Positions 49,999 through 61,544 of a DNA stretch of 64,000 bases are shown in pieces. The position numbers and the translations under genes were made by a program. Position 1 is the stretch's first letter. The number at the start of each line of letters is the position of its first letter. This stretch comes from Chiloscyllium plagiosum (taxonomy: Eukaryota), in contig NC_057751.1 in assembly GCF_004010195.1 (NCBI RefSeq), positions 108,979-172,978 of the forward strand. The letters run 5' to 3'. The notes beneath the pieces are model-generated. The model saw nothing but the letters and a program-made list of their open reading frames with translations, made no database searches and was not told where the DNA came from.

Positions 49999-51849
49999 TA
50001 ACAGGAGACAGTTTACAGTAATCAATTAGTTCAATGTGGTGCAATTCGGAAACACAGGAAACAGGTAATTTGTGGCTCCGCCCTGTACACTGTAATTTAA
50101 AGGGATACTGCTGACAACAGGATAAAGTTTAGTCAGATGTTTTTTTTTAAAGTTTGTGAACAGAGAAAATGCAGCCCTTGTTTCTGCAAATGTCCAGGTG
50201 TGTTTCAGCAGTGGTTAAGATAAACTAGTCATCAGATGTTTCAGCAAAACATGCTACTTTAAACAAACATCTCGAACTAGCAACCTGGATATTTAAAACA
50301 TTACAGAAGAACCTAAAACATGGAACCTATAAAATAGAAAGCTGCTTACACTGAACAGGTCAGACACTTCAGTGGAGAGAGAAAGAAGTGTTCCTATCAG
50401 ACTAATGCTTAAAGCTTAAGCTCTGACTACACCAAGTCTGATGCTTTCTTTGTAGCTGCTACTTCACCTGCAGTGTATTTCCAGTCTGTTGTACTCTTTA
50501 CAAAAAAAAAATCTGGATTGGCAGAAACCATGACATTTTTACCAATTGCTGGTTTTGGTGTGATGGGGGCCTGTGGGTCTTGACTATTTGATGTGGCAAT
50601 ATTCCTCCAGTTGCACTGAGACGTTGACTCACAGACAGGGTGCAGTTGATAAGGTTAGTTATTGCAGATAACAACTGCATTACTTTATGACCAAAATTGA
50701 CTGCTTGCAGACACGTTTCACTTTCGGTCACATGAAGACTCTGCCCCAAATCTTAGTACTACTGTGGCAGCAGAGGTCATATGATAACACTGTGATTAAC
50801 CTGGCCAAGCAGTCAACAGCTCAACAGTTCAAAATTCAATCACTCAAACTGGACGGGTTTTGAAGTATCTCTATCCCAAACACAATAGTATCAGTGTCCT
50901 CAAAATCATCAATAGTGTTAGGATCATCAGTATCACCAGAATCTAGATCAATATTCATAACAATATCAATTGTCCATATTGATATTCGATGTCGGTATCC
51001 TTAATATCATCTGGATCAACATGTCACTAAAACTGTTCAGTTTGGGAAGCTGAACCGATTGGACAGCATTGGGAACCACGACCCAGTTCAGTGCTCAGTG
51101 TCCTCTAATGTCCAGGAGTATGGAGACTATTCCAACTTGTTATGAGCAGGTTCACATGTTCTATTCTCTCAAACCATCTCAACCACTTCCTGAGTCCTCA
51201 GTGACACCAAACACTTGTTCACCCATGGCCCTGGGCTACTTGACCTCCTCCAGATCCCCTTTGGCAATGCCGACCTCAATTGTGAAATGCTCATCCTTTT
51301 TGTTTTCAGGTTCCTCTATGGCCTCCCCTTCCTTCCTGTTACCTCCTCCAATACCAGTGCACGTTCACCTCCCATTAATAGGGAACTGCATTTCTGAAAT
51401 TTAGACTTTACAAATTCCTGGTTGGCAACAGCGCATGCCTTCAACCATCCAAGAATTCCAAACCTGACCCCATTATGTCTACCTCTTTCCTCTTGGAACA
51501 TGTTCTTCCCCATTGCCTATTTTTTAAAAAACAGGCTTTCGGCAATCTGCTCTCATAGCTCCTCACACGGTTTGGTGTTATGTTTTACTTTAACCTTGTG
51601 AAACATGTTACGATTTTTTATTACCTTAAACTTGCTGTATAACAGAAATTGTTCATCACCAACGCGTAACCACAATCACCCTGCTGATAGTTCACAGTTC
51701 AACCTGATAACAAGATTACCTTCTCTCACAGTCAGGCCGATTGTGTGGAGAAACACTGATGATTCAGATCCTACCCCTGTAATTCAGCTACAAAAGTGCA
51801 GGTAATTGCATTTCTGAAACACCTTTCACAAATTGGATATGTCAACATA

Positions 51850-52160
51850 TTGCACAGCCATTTAAGTATTTGTGAAGACTGTCTTAAGGTACGAAGCCCA
51901 ACAGCCAAATTGCATGTATCAAGCTCCCTCAAATAGCTAATTAAATAAATGATCAGATCAACTGTTTGGATATCAATTGAGAGATGAATTTACCCTCTCC
52001 AGGGAGGAGTGGCAATGTGATATTTCACATCTATCTCAAATTGGGCAGACAGTGCCTCAGTTTTAACATGCCTGACAGCACAGGTGTCCTCAAGTGTTAG
52101 TCAAGCTCTATCTAGTGGGATCTGAATCAGAGTCACTAAAGGACAATGCTTGAGCCACAG
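51850..52160 (-). mobile_element. Ancient DeuSINE/SacSINE1-like remnant
   Basis: Degenerate similarity to the copy at 53690-54035, recognised by eye. Confidence 0.4.
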
Positions 52161-52279
52161 CGTCTGAGGTTTGGCTCTGTATGTGGAGCGCTTTAAAAAG
52201 TATTGGCATTGCCTCTCAAATGTTCCTGAAACTAGACACTGTTTGGATAGGATGGCATCACATTGCAAAACATCATAAT

Positions 52280-53250
52280 ATGACCATAAGACATGAGTGA
52301 AAATAAGATCATTCAGCCCATCGAGTTCACTCTGTCATTTAATCGTGACTGATGGGCATTTCAACTCTACTTATCCGCACTCTTCCCGTAGCCCTTAATT
52401 CCTTGCAAGATCACGAACTCTGCTGAAAGACATTTAAACACCCCAGCCTGCACTGTGCTCAGTGTCAATGAATTCCACAGGCCCACCACTTTCTGGCTGA
52501 AGAAATGCCTCATTTCCATTCTAAATTAACCCCCTCTAATTCCAAGGCTGTGCCCACGGGTCCTAGACTCCCTGCCTAACAGAAACAAATTCCCAGTGTC
52601 TATCCTTTCTGAGCCATGCATTATCTTGCAAGTTTCTATTAGATCTCCCCTCAACTTTCTAAACTCTAATGAATATAATCCCAGGATTCTCAGCCATTCA
52701 TTGTATGTTAGGCCTACCATTCCAGGGATCATCGGTGTGAATCTCCGCTGGACACACTCCAGTACCAGTATGTCCTTCCTGTGGTGTGGGGTCTAAAACT
52801 GGACACAATTATTCTGAGGTATGGGGCCTAACTAGAGCTTTATAAGGTCTCAGAAGCACATCGCTGCTTTTATATTCCAACCCTCTTGAGATAAATGACA
52901 ACATTACATTTGCTTTCTTAACCAGACTCAAACTTGTAAGTCAACCTTTAGAGAATCCTGGATTAGCACTCCCAGATCCCTTTACACTTATGCTTTATGA
53001 ATTTTCTCAACGTTTAGAAAGTAGTCCATGTCTGCTTTCTTTTTTCCAAAAGTGCAAGACCTCACATTGAATTTCATCAGCCATTTCCTGGACCACTCTC
53101 CTAAACTGTCTAAATCTTTCTGCAGCCTCCCCACCTCATCAGTATTACCTGCCTGTCTGCCTAACTTTGTATCATCGGCAAACTTCACCAGACTGCCCCC
53201 AGTCCCTTCATCCAGATCATTAATATATAAAGTGAACAGCTGCGTCCATT
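52280..53250 (-). mobile_element. CR1 3' fragment
   Basis: KFADDTKLG, LQKDLDSLGEW, IPGMVGLTY; same subfamily as 37960-38740. Confidence 0.9.
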
Positions 53251-53689
53251 GTTAAACACCAAAACCATGCTGTCCTGATTGAATTTCTGAAGAAGTGTTT
53301 ATGCCCAAAACAATTGATTCTCCTGCTCCTCGGATGCTGCCTGACCTGCTGTGCTTTTCCAGCACAAAACTCTCAACACTAAAAGCATGCTGTGTTTACT
53401 GCTGAGTGAAGCAGGAAGAAATTCAAGGTGCTTCTTTCCTCCAAGAATGGTATAAATGTATTTACAGGGAAACAAGACAAGCCTCCATTGGGCAAGAAAA
53501 TACAGGGTTAAGATATTAGATTCAGATGGCAAGAGTGGAGATGCAACAAATGCTGTGTAAACACCAGCAAGCATTGCTTGGGCTGAATGCCCTGTTTCTG
53601 GATACCACATATTTGCATTAGATTGTATGATAGATGAAAATAAACAGCGTTGTGTGAACAAAAGATCCTTTGTTACCTTGAAATATCTC

Positions 53690-54035
53690 AGGATGCCCCA
53701 AAGCATATTAAAGCTGATCACACAAAATTAGAATTGTATTTCAATACTGAAGAAAGTTGGCAGCTGCTTGGTGCACAGAAAGATCCATAAACAACAGTGT
53801 GATCATTACATCAGCACCGCGTTTTGTGATGTTGATGGAGTGGAACTATCAGCCGAACACAATTTGTGCAATGTGGTCCTTTGCATCCACGTGAAGGTGA
53901 AAGAAAGCTGAATGACAGCACCTCTGACAGCGCAGCACTGCCTGACGTATCGGCCTGGCTTACAGACCAAAGACTCTGGAATGGGACCTGTACAAGCAGT
54001 TTTCATTCTGAGGAGACTGTGCTCAAAACTGAGCA
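53690..54035 (-). mobile_element. Ancient DeuSINE/SacSINE1-like remnant
   Basis: GACAGCACCTCTGACAGCGCAGCACT is the reverse complement of a Deu-core-like AGTGCTGCGCTGTCAGAGGTGCTGTC; plus-strand relative near 32720-32770. Confidence 0.5.
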
Positions 54036-55938
54036 GGGCTGCCTGGCACCAACTTACATGAGTAAATAGGCATCATATACAAAAAGGCTGGTAACAGCCA
54101 CTGTTCGACAGTGGAAGCAATCACATTCTCCACAAAGATCATCTTCTCCCCCAAATGTCCTCAATTACAACATACCAATACCCCAGGTAGCTTTTTATCA
54201 GCACTCTGTCATGACAAAGGCATTATATAAAGCAAGCTGAGTAAATCCATAGTTGGAGTCAAAGGGACAATTCCTGATGCCATACAAGAGTTAGTATCAA
54301 AGATCTACCCAAGCTCAATGTACTGGCAGTTTCATATTTGTGTGAGCTAGCCTGAAGTCAGAGCACAGAATCCGATCAGCTTTGAGTTGAAGGTCGAACA
54401 AAAGTTCTGGTTAAGGTACAATCCACCATCTGGAAGGAACACCTCAACCTGTCAACAGCAACGCCCAAATTTGCAATCGGTGAACACATTCATATTTAAT
54501 CCCAGTGTCAGCTGTTGCATAGGCTAAACTCACTGCTTAACACTATTGACTGACCCACCTTGTGCAATCTCATTAACGTCATTACTTACATACTGTCAAC
54601 TGAGCTCTCTTTTTCGGTGAGGCAGCTTTTGCACAATAACTCCAAAGGAGCAGGATGTTTAATGCTTAATTGTTTAAATACTCAAAATGCAACATCCCAC
54701 ATGACACAGCTTCACTGGAGGCCATTGATAGCTTGCAAGGGTCACTGGCAAGTCCACTATTAACTGCCCATTTCTAACTGTCTTTTAACAAACTTGCAGC
54801 TGCCTTCTTGAACCACTACAGCCCATCTGCTAAAGATCCTCCCACACACCACTGGTTCAAAATCTTGGAATTATGATGGAATGACAAAGAAATGTCCAGT
54901 CCACAGTGGTGACAGCAGAGAGGTGGTATTGCCCATTCCCTTCACATGAAGAAAACCTGCACTTCCAGACTATTTCTCAATGTTCCACCACATTGCACAA
55001 ACAGTGAAGCACATCAGAAATATGGCAGCTTACTCACGCAAAGCAAGCTCCCACTGACATTAATTGGATGGTGCTGTGATTGCACATATCACACAATGCA
55101 ACCATAAGGACTTGTGGCCCAGTTTGAGCTGATGAGGAGGATCCTTGTTGACTTTGGATCCCAAGTTCAGCTGAGGTTCAGGGCTCTGGCTCTGGACAGT
55201 TTGAAATGCTCGGTGAACATTGCTCCACCAAAGATCAGACTAACTAGAGCGGTGACTGCAATCAGTACCCACTCACCAATCTATAACGCCCAGACCAGTA
55301 AATTGTCACCCAGCCCTGTAGAGAGGTGGGATTTATGTCTCTCGTGGAGCAGTTGTTCCACTCCCAGCCCAGAATGTACAGACATTGCCACAGGGAGAGA
55401 CAATGCTTGTGTGAACACAAAATGAGTCTCTCTTCACTGTGAGCCAAAGCTGCTGCAGGCACCCATGTTACCAATGTTCTGTGCTCAGGTGCAATTGACA
55501 GCATATGGTCAAGCAACCTCAGTCTGCTTCTATTTTTTCGTCAATAACAAACCTTGGAATAATTGGACACAACACACACCAAACATTTTAAAAACAGTGA
55601 AGAATCTTTATATTGTAAATACTGTGACATCCTGATAGAGGAAGGGGCAACAAGAATCTAAAGGAAGTCAGTTGTGGAGGGAAACAGATGCCCACAAGCC
55701 TCAGTCTAAAGGGAGAAATGGAAAGGGGTTGAAATTGATTGCTTTGTTAACTTGCCAACTGGCCAGGACCAACAATCAATCACCTGCACCCAGGAAGAGT
55801 TCAGGGAATGATATTTTCTCCGATGACCCTGCCATGTGTTAGACAAAGAAAGGAAACTTCAACAGACTCACTTTGACTGGGCAAAGCCCAGACCATGCTG
55901 TTACCCCCTGGTTCCAACAGTAGAAATTGGAGTGAGTG

Positions 55939-55939
<1 letters not shown>

Positions 55940-55969
<30 letters not shown>

Positions 55970-55985
55970 AAAGAGAGAGAGAGAG
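55940..55985. repeat. (GA)n microsatellite in the presumed CCAR2 3' UTR
   Basis: Interrupted GA run. Confidence 0.9.
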
Positions 55986-56282
55986 GAGGTCCCTGTCAGG
56001 ACGCTACTACAACATGGATGTTTACACACAAATATACACATCGGTCTCTGTTCCCCAATTGTACATCCTGAATATGATGCACAGGACCGATGTAAAAATT
56101 AAAACACACGGCACAGTTCAGCAAACTTGCAGTTTGTGGAGTCACTTGGTATGAGAGTTAGGCCTTTAATAAGATTAGGAAAGCAAGGGTTCAAGCAGGT
56201 CACAATATACGAATCTGATGCTAGCTCACTGTATACTATCAGGGATTCCACACTCTCAATCTCTGGGGACGAGGCCCTCTCC

Positions 56283-56315
56283 TCACTTCTCCTTCTTCTC
56301 TGTCACGGCGTTGTT
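56283..56315 (-). CDS. CCAR2: CCAR2/DBC1-like, terminal coding exon
   Basis: TTTTTAATTTCACAG|NNAVTEKKEK*; phase 0 fits the previous exon. Confidence 0.75.
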   Translation of the reverse strand, partial: NNAVTEKKEK

Positions 56316-56892
56316 CTGTGAAATTAAAAATAAAATCTTCAGATTTACTCAACAAATACTCACCATCAAGCTAATCCACCACCCACCTCAGTCAGATATA
56401 TCTGACACCTCACGAACTCACCCCTAAAATACTCCACTCCAACAACCCACCAACCTTCTGAAACCCTCCCCCTCCCCTACAATCTCTCTCCAAAGCACAC
56501 TACCTACAGACTCTCCGATGATACACTTCTCCTGTAAGTGTCCCCCAGCCCACAGGCCCTCCTGACATCTCCAAAATAGCCCATTAATCCAAATACCCCA
56601 GTGATCACACCCAAGCCAACTGTGACGCCTGCTCCCACAACTCCATTCCCCCCCCCCCCCACCCACCTTCATTCAAAACACAGCCCCTATCAGTGAGCCC
56701 CACTGGCAAACAAAGTGCTGCTGACATTGTGTTGTCACCAGAAAAACCAGCCCCTCTGGCACAGACCTACTAAATGACTACCCATTGCAGTGTATCAAGG
56801 AACTGGGACCAATGAGGAGGTTGGATGAGGGGGTGATGGACAACACAAGGGGATTTGGGCAAAGAGCTGGACAACAGCTCAATGTCTTTCAC

Positions 56893-57098
56893 CTTTTTAA
56901 TGATGCGCTGGATGTCCTCAATCATGGAGTTAAGATTCCTGGTGTTATCCTGAAGCCGCAGTTCATAGAAGACCTTCAATTTCTCTGCTGCCTTGACCCG
57001 ATCCTCCAGCTCAGAGACCTGTTTCTGCATTTCCTGCATCCCTGAGCTCAGCGACTTGTTTACACTGTCATTTGAGGATAACTTGCCCAAAGTTTCAG
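56893..57098 (-). CDS. CCAR2: CCAR2/DBC1-like, coiled-coil exon
   Basis: CCTACACAG|(A)ETLGKLSSNDSVNKSLSSGMQEM...IEDIQRIIKK|GTGAAA; resembles the CCAR C-terminal coiled coil. Confidence 0.85.
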
Positions 57099-57585
57099 CT
57101 GTGTAGGAAACATTTCTCAACAGTTAATCATAGCACTGTACTCCTATCTCCAAACCCTGCCCACATCTGAAACCCGACTTAATCTAACATCTGCATTCTA
57201 ACCGCATTATAGCATCTGATTGTCGAAAAGAGGGCCATTTGGTTCAGTGTCGTTCATGTACTAGCCCCAGAAAAGAATCAAAACAATCACCCCAATCTTC
57301 CTAGCTTATTCCAAACCCCTTCAAGCGCCCATCTCCTTTTCAACTATTTATCTAACTCCAACTTGTAAGTTATTATTGAATCTGCTTCCATGGCCTCTTG
57401 AGGCAGCTCATCTCACAACAGCAATCTCCGCATTAAAGACACTCTTATCACTCTTCTGGTGTTTTGGTTTAAACTTCTAAAGCAGTTCCATATTTAACAT
57501 TTCACGGAAGACTTGAATTTTGAAGAATTTGAAAACTGGGATCCATTTTGTGTCATACGTAGATATCTGGACCAGGTTCAAATAA

Positions 57586-57775
57586 ACTTAAAAATCGCAC
57601 AACACCAGGTTATACGTCCAACAGTTTTAATTGGAAGCACGAGCTTTCGGAGTGCTGCTTCTTCATCAGGTGGTTGTCAAACCTAGTGCTTCCAATTAAA
57701 CCTATTGGACGTATAACCTGGTGTTGTGCGATTTTTAACTTTGTACACCCCAGTCCAACACTGGCACCTTCAAAT
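57586..57775. mobile_element. PLE terminal insertion with inverted arms, hammerhead and 13-bp TSD
   Basis: TSD CAGGTTCAAATAA at 57573-57585 and 57776-57788; arms 57588-57640 and 57686-57738. Confidence 0.78.
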
Positions 57776-58404
57776 CAGGTTCAAATAATACACTGAAAAC
57801 TCTGACACTGAGATTTTTTGGTGAAATTAACAAGTTTCTTGGGAATAAAATGACTTCAGATAATTTAGATGTGGCCTGCGTGCATTTAATAGCTTACTGT
57901 TTGCGACAGTCTATGGCTTGAAGAGTTGTTTCTGTGTGAAATTAGTTGGGGACAGGAATCCAAATGGAAAGCTACCCAACTGACCTCTTCTGTTTCTGAC
58001 AAGAACCTTCAGCTGAGACATCAGGGTGAAATGTAACCCATTCTTCTGAGAGAGGGACTGAACTTCTGAACATCAGATTTCCTAATTTGGGTCTGTTAAG
58101 ATTCCAGAGACAACTGTGTGATTTGTGACTTAAGCGTGCATGCCAGAAAATCAGAATGGGGCATTCTGGAACATTCTACACTTCAAGAACTTGGTCAGAC
58201 AGTTTATTTCTTCTTGAAGTATCACTTGTGATAAATCTGTTCCTGCCTTTATCGGAAGTGCGTATCAGAGAGTGAGAGTGCACAAGATTATCACTGCACA
58301 TTTGTACTTCGCCATTACAAATTCTGTGTTAACCAATGCTGCAGTTACATTGGATAGGTTTTACTTGATAAATCAACAATTTTGTTTATGAAAGAAATCG
58401 CATT

Positions 58405-59510
58405 GATAAGACAAGATACAGGAGCAGAATTCGGCCAATGCTCCGCCATTCGATAATGACTGAAATGTTTCTCAACCCCATTCTCTTGCCTTTTCCCTGT
58501 AACGCTTGATCCACTTACTCAACAAGAACCTCTCTCTACCTTACTGACACTCAATGACTTGACCTCCATAACCCTCTGTGGCATGAATCCCACAGATTCA
58601 CTGCCCCCTGGCTGAAGAAATTCCTTCTCATCTCAGTCCTAAACGGTTATCCCTTCATGGAGGCTGCACCCTCAAGTCCTAGTCCTACTGGCTGAAACAT
58701 TTTCTCAATATCACTCTATCTAGGTCTCTCACTATTATTTCAATTTTAATGAAATTCCTCATCCTTTGAAACTCCATTAAGTAGAGACTCAGAGTCCTCA
58801 GCCGTTCCTCATATGACAAGCCATTCTTCCTTGGGATCATTCTTGCAAATCCCCTTCAACACCAATTCATGTTTTGTTTTTGAATACAGAGCACAAAACT
58901 GCTCACAATATTCCAAACACAGTCTGATCAGAGCCTGAAACAGCCTTAGCAGCACATCTTTTAATCATAGAATTCCTCCAGTATGGAAACAGGCCCTTGG
59001 GCCCAACAAGTCCACACCAAACATCCCACCCAAACCCCTCTTACACTGCTGCCCTCTTGAAACATTGCATTTGCCTTCCTAACTGCCAACTGTACCTGCA
59101 TGTTAACCTGAACAGAATCCTTCACTGGGACTCCTAAGACTGAGCTTCAAATTTCCAAAGTCTCTGCTCATTTAGAAAATAGCCATTCCCTCTGTTTTTC
59201 CACCAAAGTGCATAACCTCACACTTGCTCACACTGTACTGTCATTTCTTTGACCACTCTTCCAACCTGTATAGGTCTAAGTCCTTCTGCAGTCTCTAGGC
59301 TTCCTCAACACTACTTGTCCCTCCACTCATCTTTGTATCATTTACAAACTAAGCAACAATGCTCTCAGTTCCTTTCTCCATCTCGTTAATGTTTAATGTG
59401 AAGACGAGCCGTCCCAGCATGGGCCCCTGCAGACGTGGTCCCAACTTGTCACCGGCTGCCAACCTGAGAAAGGACCCCTTTACCCCACTCTCTGCCAGTC
59501 AGTCAACCCT
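58405..59510 (-). mobile_element. Decayed CR1 3' part with an HE1-like tail fragment near 58970-59045
   Basis: Reverse-complement CR1 RT and 3'-end motifs. Confidence 0.75.
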
Positions 59511-59869
59511 CGATCGTGGATGAATATTGTTATGCAATGAGTTGGCAAAAGAGAGTAAGGGAGGGAGGGTGCGTGCATGTGTCTTGGTTGTAACTTGAAT
59601 TCCCTTCAATCTGTGTGGCGTGGTGAATGACCCTCCTCCCAATGATAAGACCTGCTCAACTGACCCTTCATATTTGAAAGATCTTGGTTAAATCTTCCTC
59701 TGTACTTCTCTGCTCTCAGGAAATCAACTTGAGGTTCTCCAACTTCCCTGGAGAAGATCTCTGCCATCTCTCCTGCAGCTCTCTTAGCTTTTGCCTCTTG
59801 GTATGTTCCTATCAGCTGCGGGCCCCAGAGTATCACATCCTTCTCACCCAGATTCCTTTATGTGCTCAC

Positions 59870-60061
59870 CAAGCTGGGTCTCCATTGATTGAAGTTTGTT
59901 TTCCATGTCTGCACGGTTTCTCTCATCTCGCTCCAGCTTCTGAATCAAGTTGCCAACATTGACCATGTTACCATTGTACTCCACCAGGGTGTTGTCTCCA
60001 GACCGGGTCCTTGGCTTACTGGGAGGGACACTGGGACAAGATGGCAATAGATACTGGTTCC
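59870..60061 (-). CDS. CCAR2: CCAR2/DBC1-like exon
   Basis: CTCCTTCAG|(G)NQYLLP...LVEYNGNMVNVGNLIQKLERDERNRADMENKLQSMETQL G|GTGAGC; 192 nt, phase 1-1. Confidence 0.88.
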
Positions 60062-60509
60062 CTGAAGGAGAAGCACAACAATCAAAGACCTAAATTCCGC
60101 CCCTCTCTGAACAAGCAGTCAAGGAGCACAAGTATAACCCACCATGTTGTCCCAGCAACAGGACAATAACAGGAAGTGAACAAGTGATTTGAAGGGTGGG
60201 GATGAGAAAACTTTGGTTTGACTGAATTCAGCAGGTTTAAAGTACAGGATGCTATGGACTCTGATGGACTGACCAGCTATCCAGCTGCCTATTCTTCCAG
60301 AGCAATGGAGGACATATTGTGCCAGGTCTCTAGCAGACACAAGCATGAATCAAAGAGGAAAAGGCCAGGCAGGCCCTTTGGTCGGAATTCCACTTTCCTG
60401 CCTGATGTTCAAATCCAGTGAATCCTCAGATATAAATGTCTCAATTTTGGCCCTGAACAGCTTCAATGACTGAGCATTTTTACTGCAGGATGCGAACTGC
60501 AGTTAAACA

Positions 60510-60866
60510 GGGAAGCAATGGCCTAATGGCATTATTGCATGACTATTAATCCAGAGAGCCCCGTATGTTCTGGGGGCTCCAGGTACGAATCCCATTGCAG
60601 CAACTGGTGTAATTTGAATTCAATAAAAATCTGGAATTAAGAGTCTAATGATGATCATGAAACCATTACTGTCAGTAAAACCCATCTGATTCACTAATGT
60701 CCTTTTGGGAAGGAAACCTGCCATCCTTATCTAGTTTGGCCGACATGAGACTCCAGACCCACAGCAATGTGGTTGACTCTCAATTCTCAGCAATTGGGGC
60801 TGGGTAATAAATGCTGGTCCAGCCAGGGATGCCCACATCCCATGAAGGAATATGGGGAAAAAAAAT
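60510..60866 (+). mobile_element. tRNA-derived SINE, near full length
   Basis: A-box-like TGGCCTAATGG, B-box-like GGTACGAATCC, AATAAA-containing tail and A-rich end. Confidence 0.7.
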
Positions 60867-61040
60867 AGGGAGCACAGAGACTTGAAGCACAGTCCCATTT
60901 GTGATGATTATAACTGCAGGTAGCAGTTGTTTGAGACCAGTGAAAGACAGCAAGGCAATTAATTAAACTCCTGCAGTCCTTCATTTTTCTAGCAGCTATT
61001 CCATTGTCAAAACCACACACAGCAATAGTAAAACTCTTAC

Positions 61041-61167
61041 CGAGCAGCATGTCCTCAGTTATGAGGCTTTTATTCTCCAGTTTCTCCAGATCTCCTTCCC
61101 AGCCATCAGTGAGGGTTCGATAAAGACACATGTTCTGTGAGCACACCTTGCTCAGTAGCTGCTTAAT
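61041..61167 (-). CDS. CCAR2: CCAR2/DBC1-like exon (second half of the EF-hand-like region); upstream exons lie outside the window
   Basis: TTACAG|IKQLLSKVCSQNMCLYRTL...EDMLL G|GTAAGA; closer to CCAR2 (KQLVSRVVTQNICQYRSL, from memory) than to CCAR1. Confidence 0.85.
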
Positions 61168-61544
61168 CTGTAATACAAACATGCAACTTCAGTTCTTCGA
61201 TATGGGTGCCCCAGCAATCTGGACTGATTGTAATCACTTACCTAGCCTTGTCTCTGCACCCTGTGCAGTTTCAGAGACAGTCCCATGATCACTGAGGCAC
61301 CAATGCGTGACTCATGTCCTGAGAGATATCAGAGGCTGACCCACTGCATAGTGAACAATCCACGTCTGTCACAATAGCTTTTCTGAGTATACCAAAGGAA
61401 CAGAATGTGTGAATGAACCTCAATAATCCACAGTGACAAGATGCAATGACACCAATGCACCTTTGCACACTCGTGATACCAAAGCCATAGTGGCCAGGTC
61501 TCTGGCACTGAGCCTGGCTCTGAAGGGGAGAAAATAGAAAAACA

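Noticed and set aside
55149..55280. Hydrophobic minus-strand frame IGEWVLIAVTALVSLIFGGAMF as a CCAR2 tail-anchor exon
   Set aside because: CCAR2 already ends at 56283, a plausible poly(A) region lies near 55590-55615, and the acceptor is weak
59606..59869. Apparent frameshifted continuation of CCAR2, suggesting a pseudogene
   Set aside because: The G|GTGAGC donor at 59870 splices in frame to 57098, so no frameshift is needed
60200..60330. Possible extra CCAR2 exon
   Set aside because: Stops in the required phase; the flanking exons join directly as DMLLGNQYLLP
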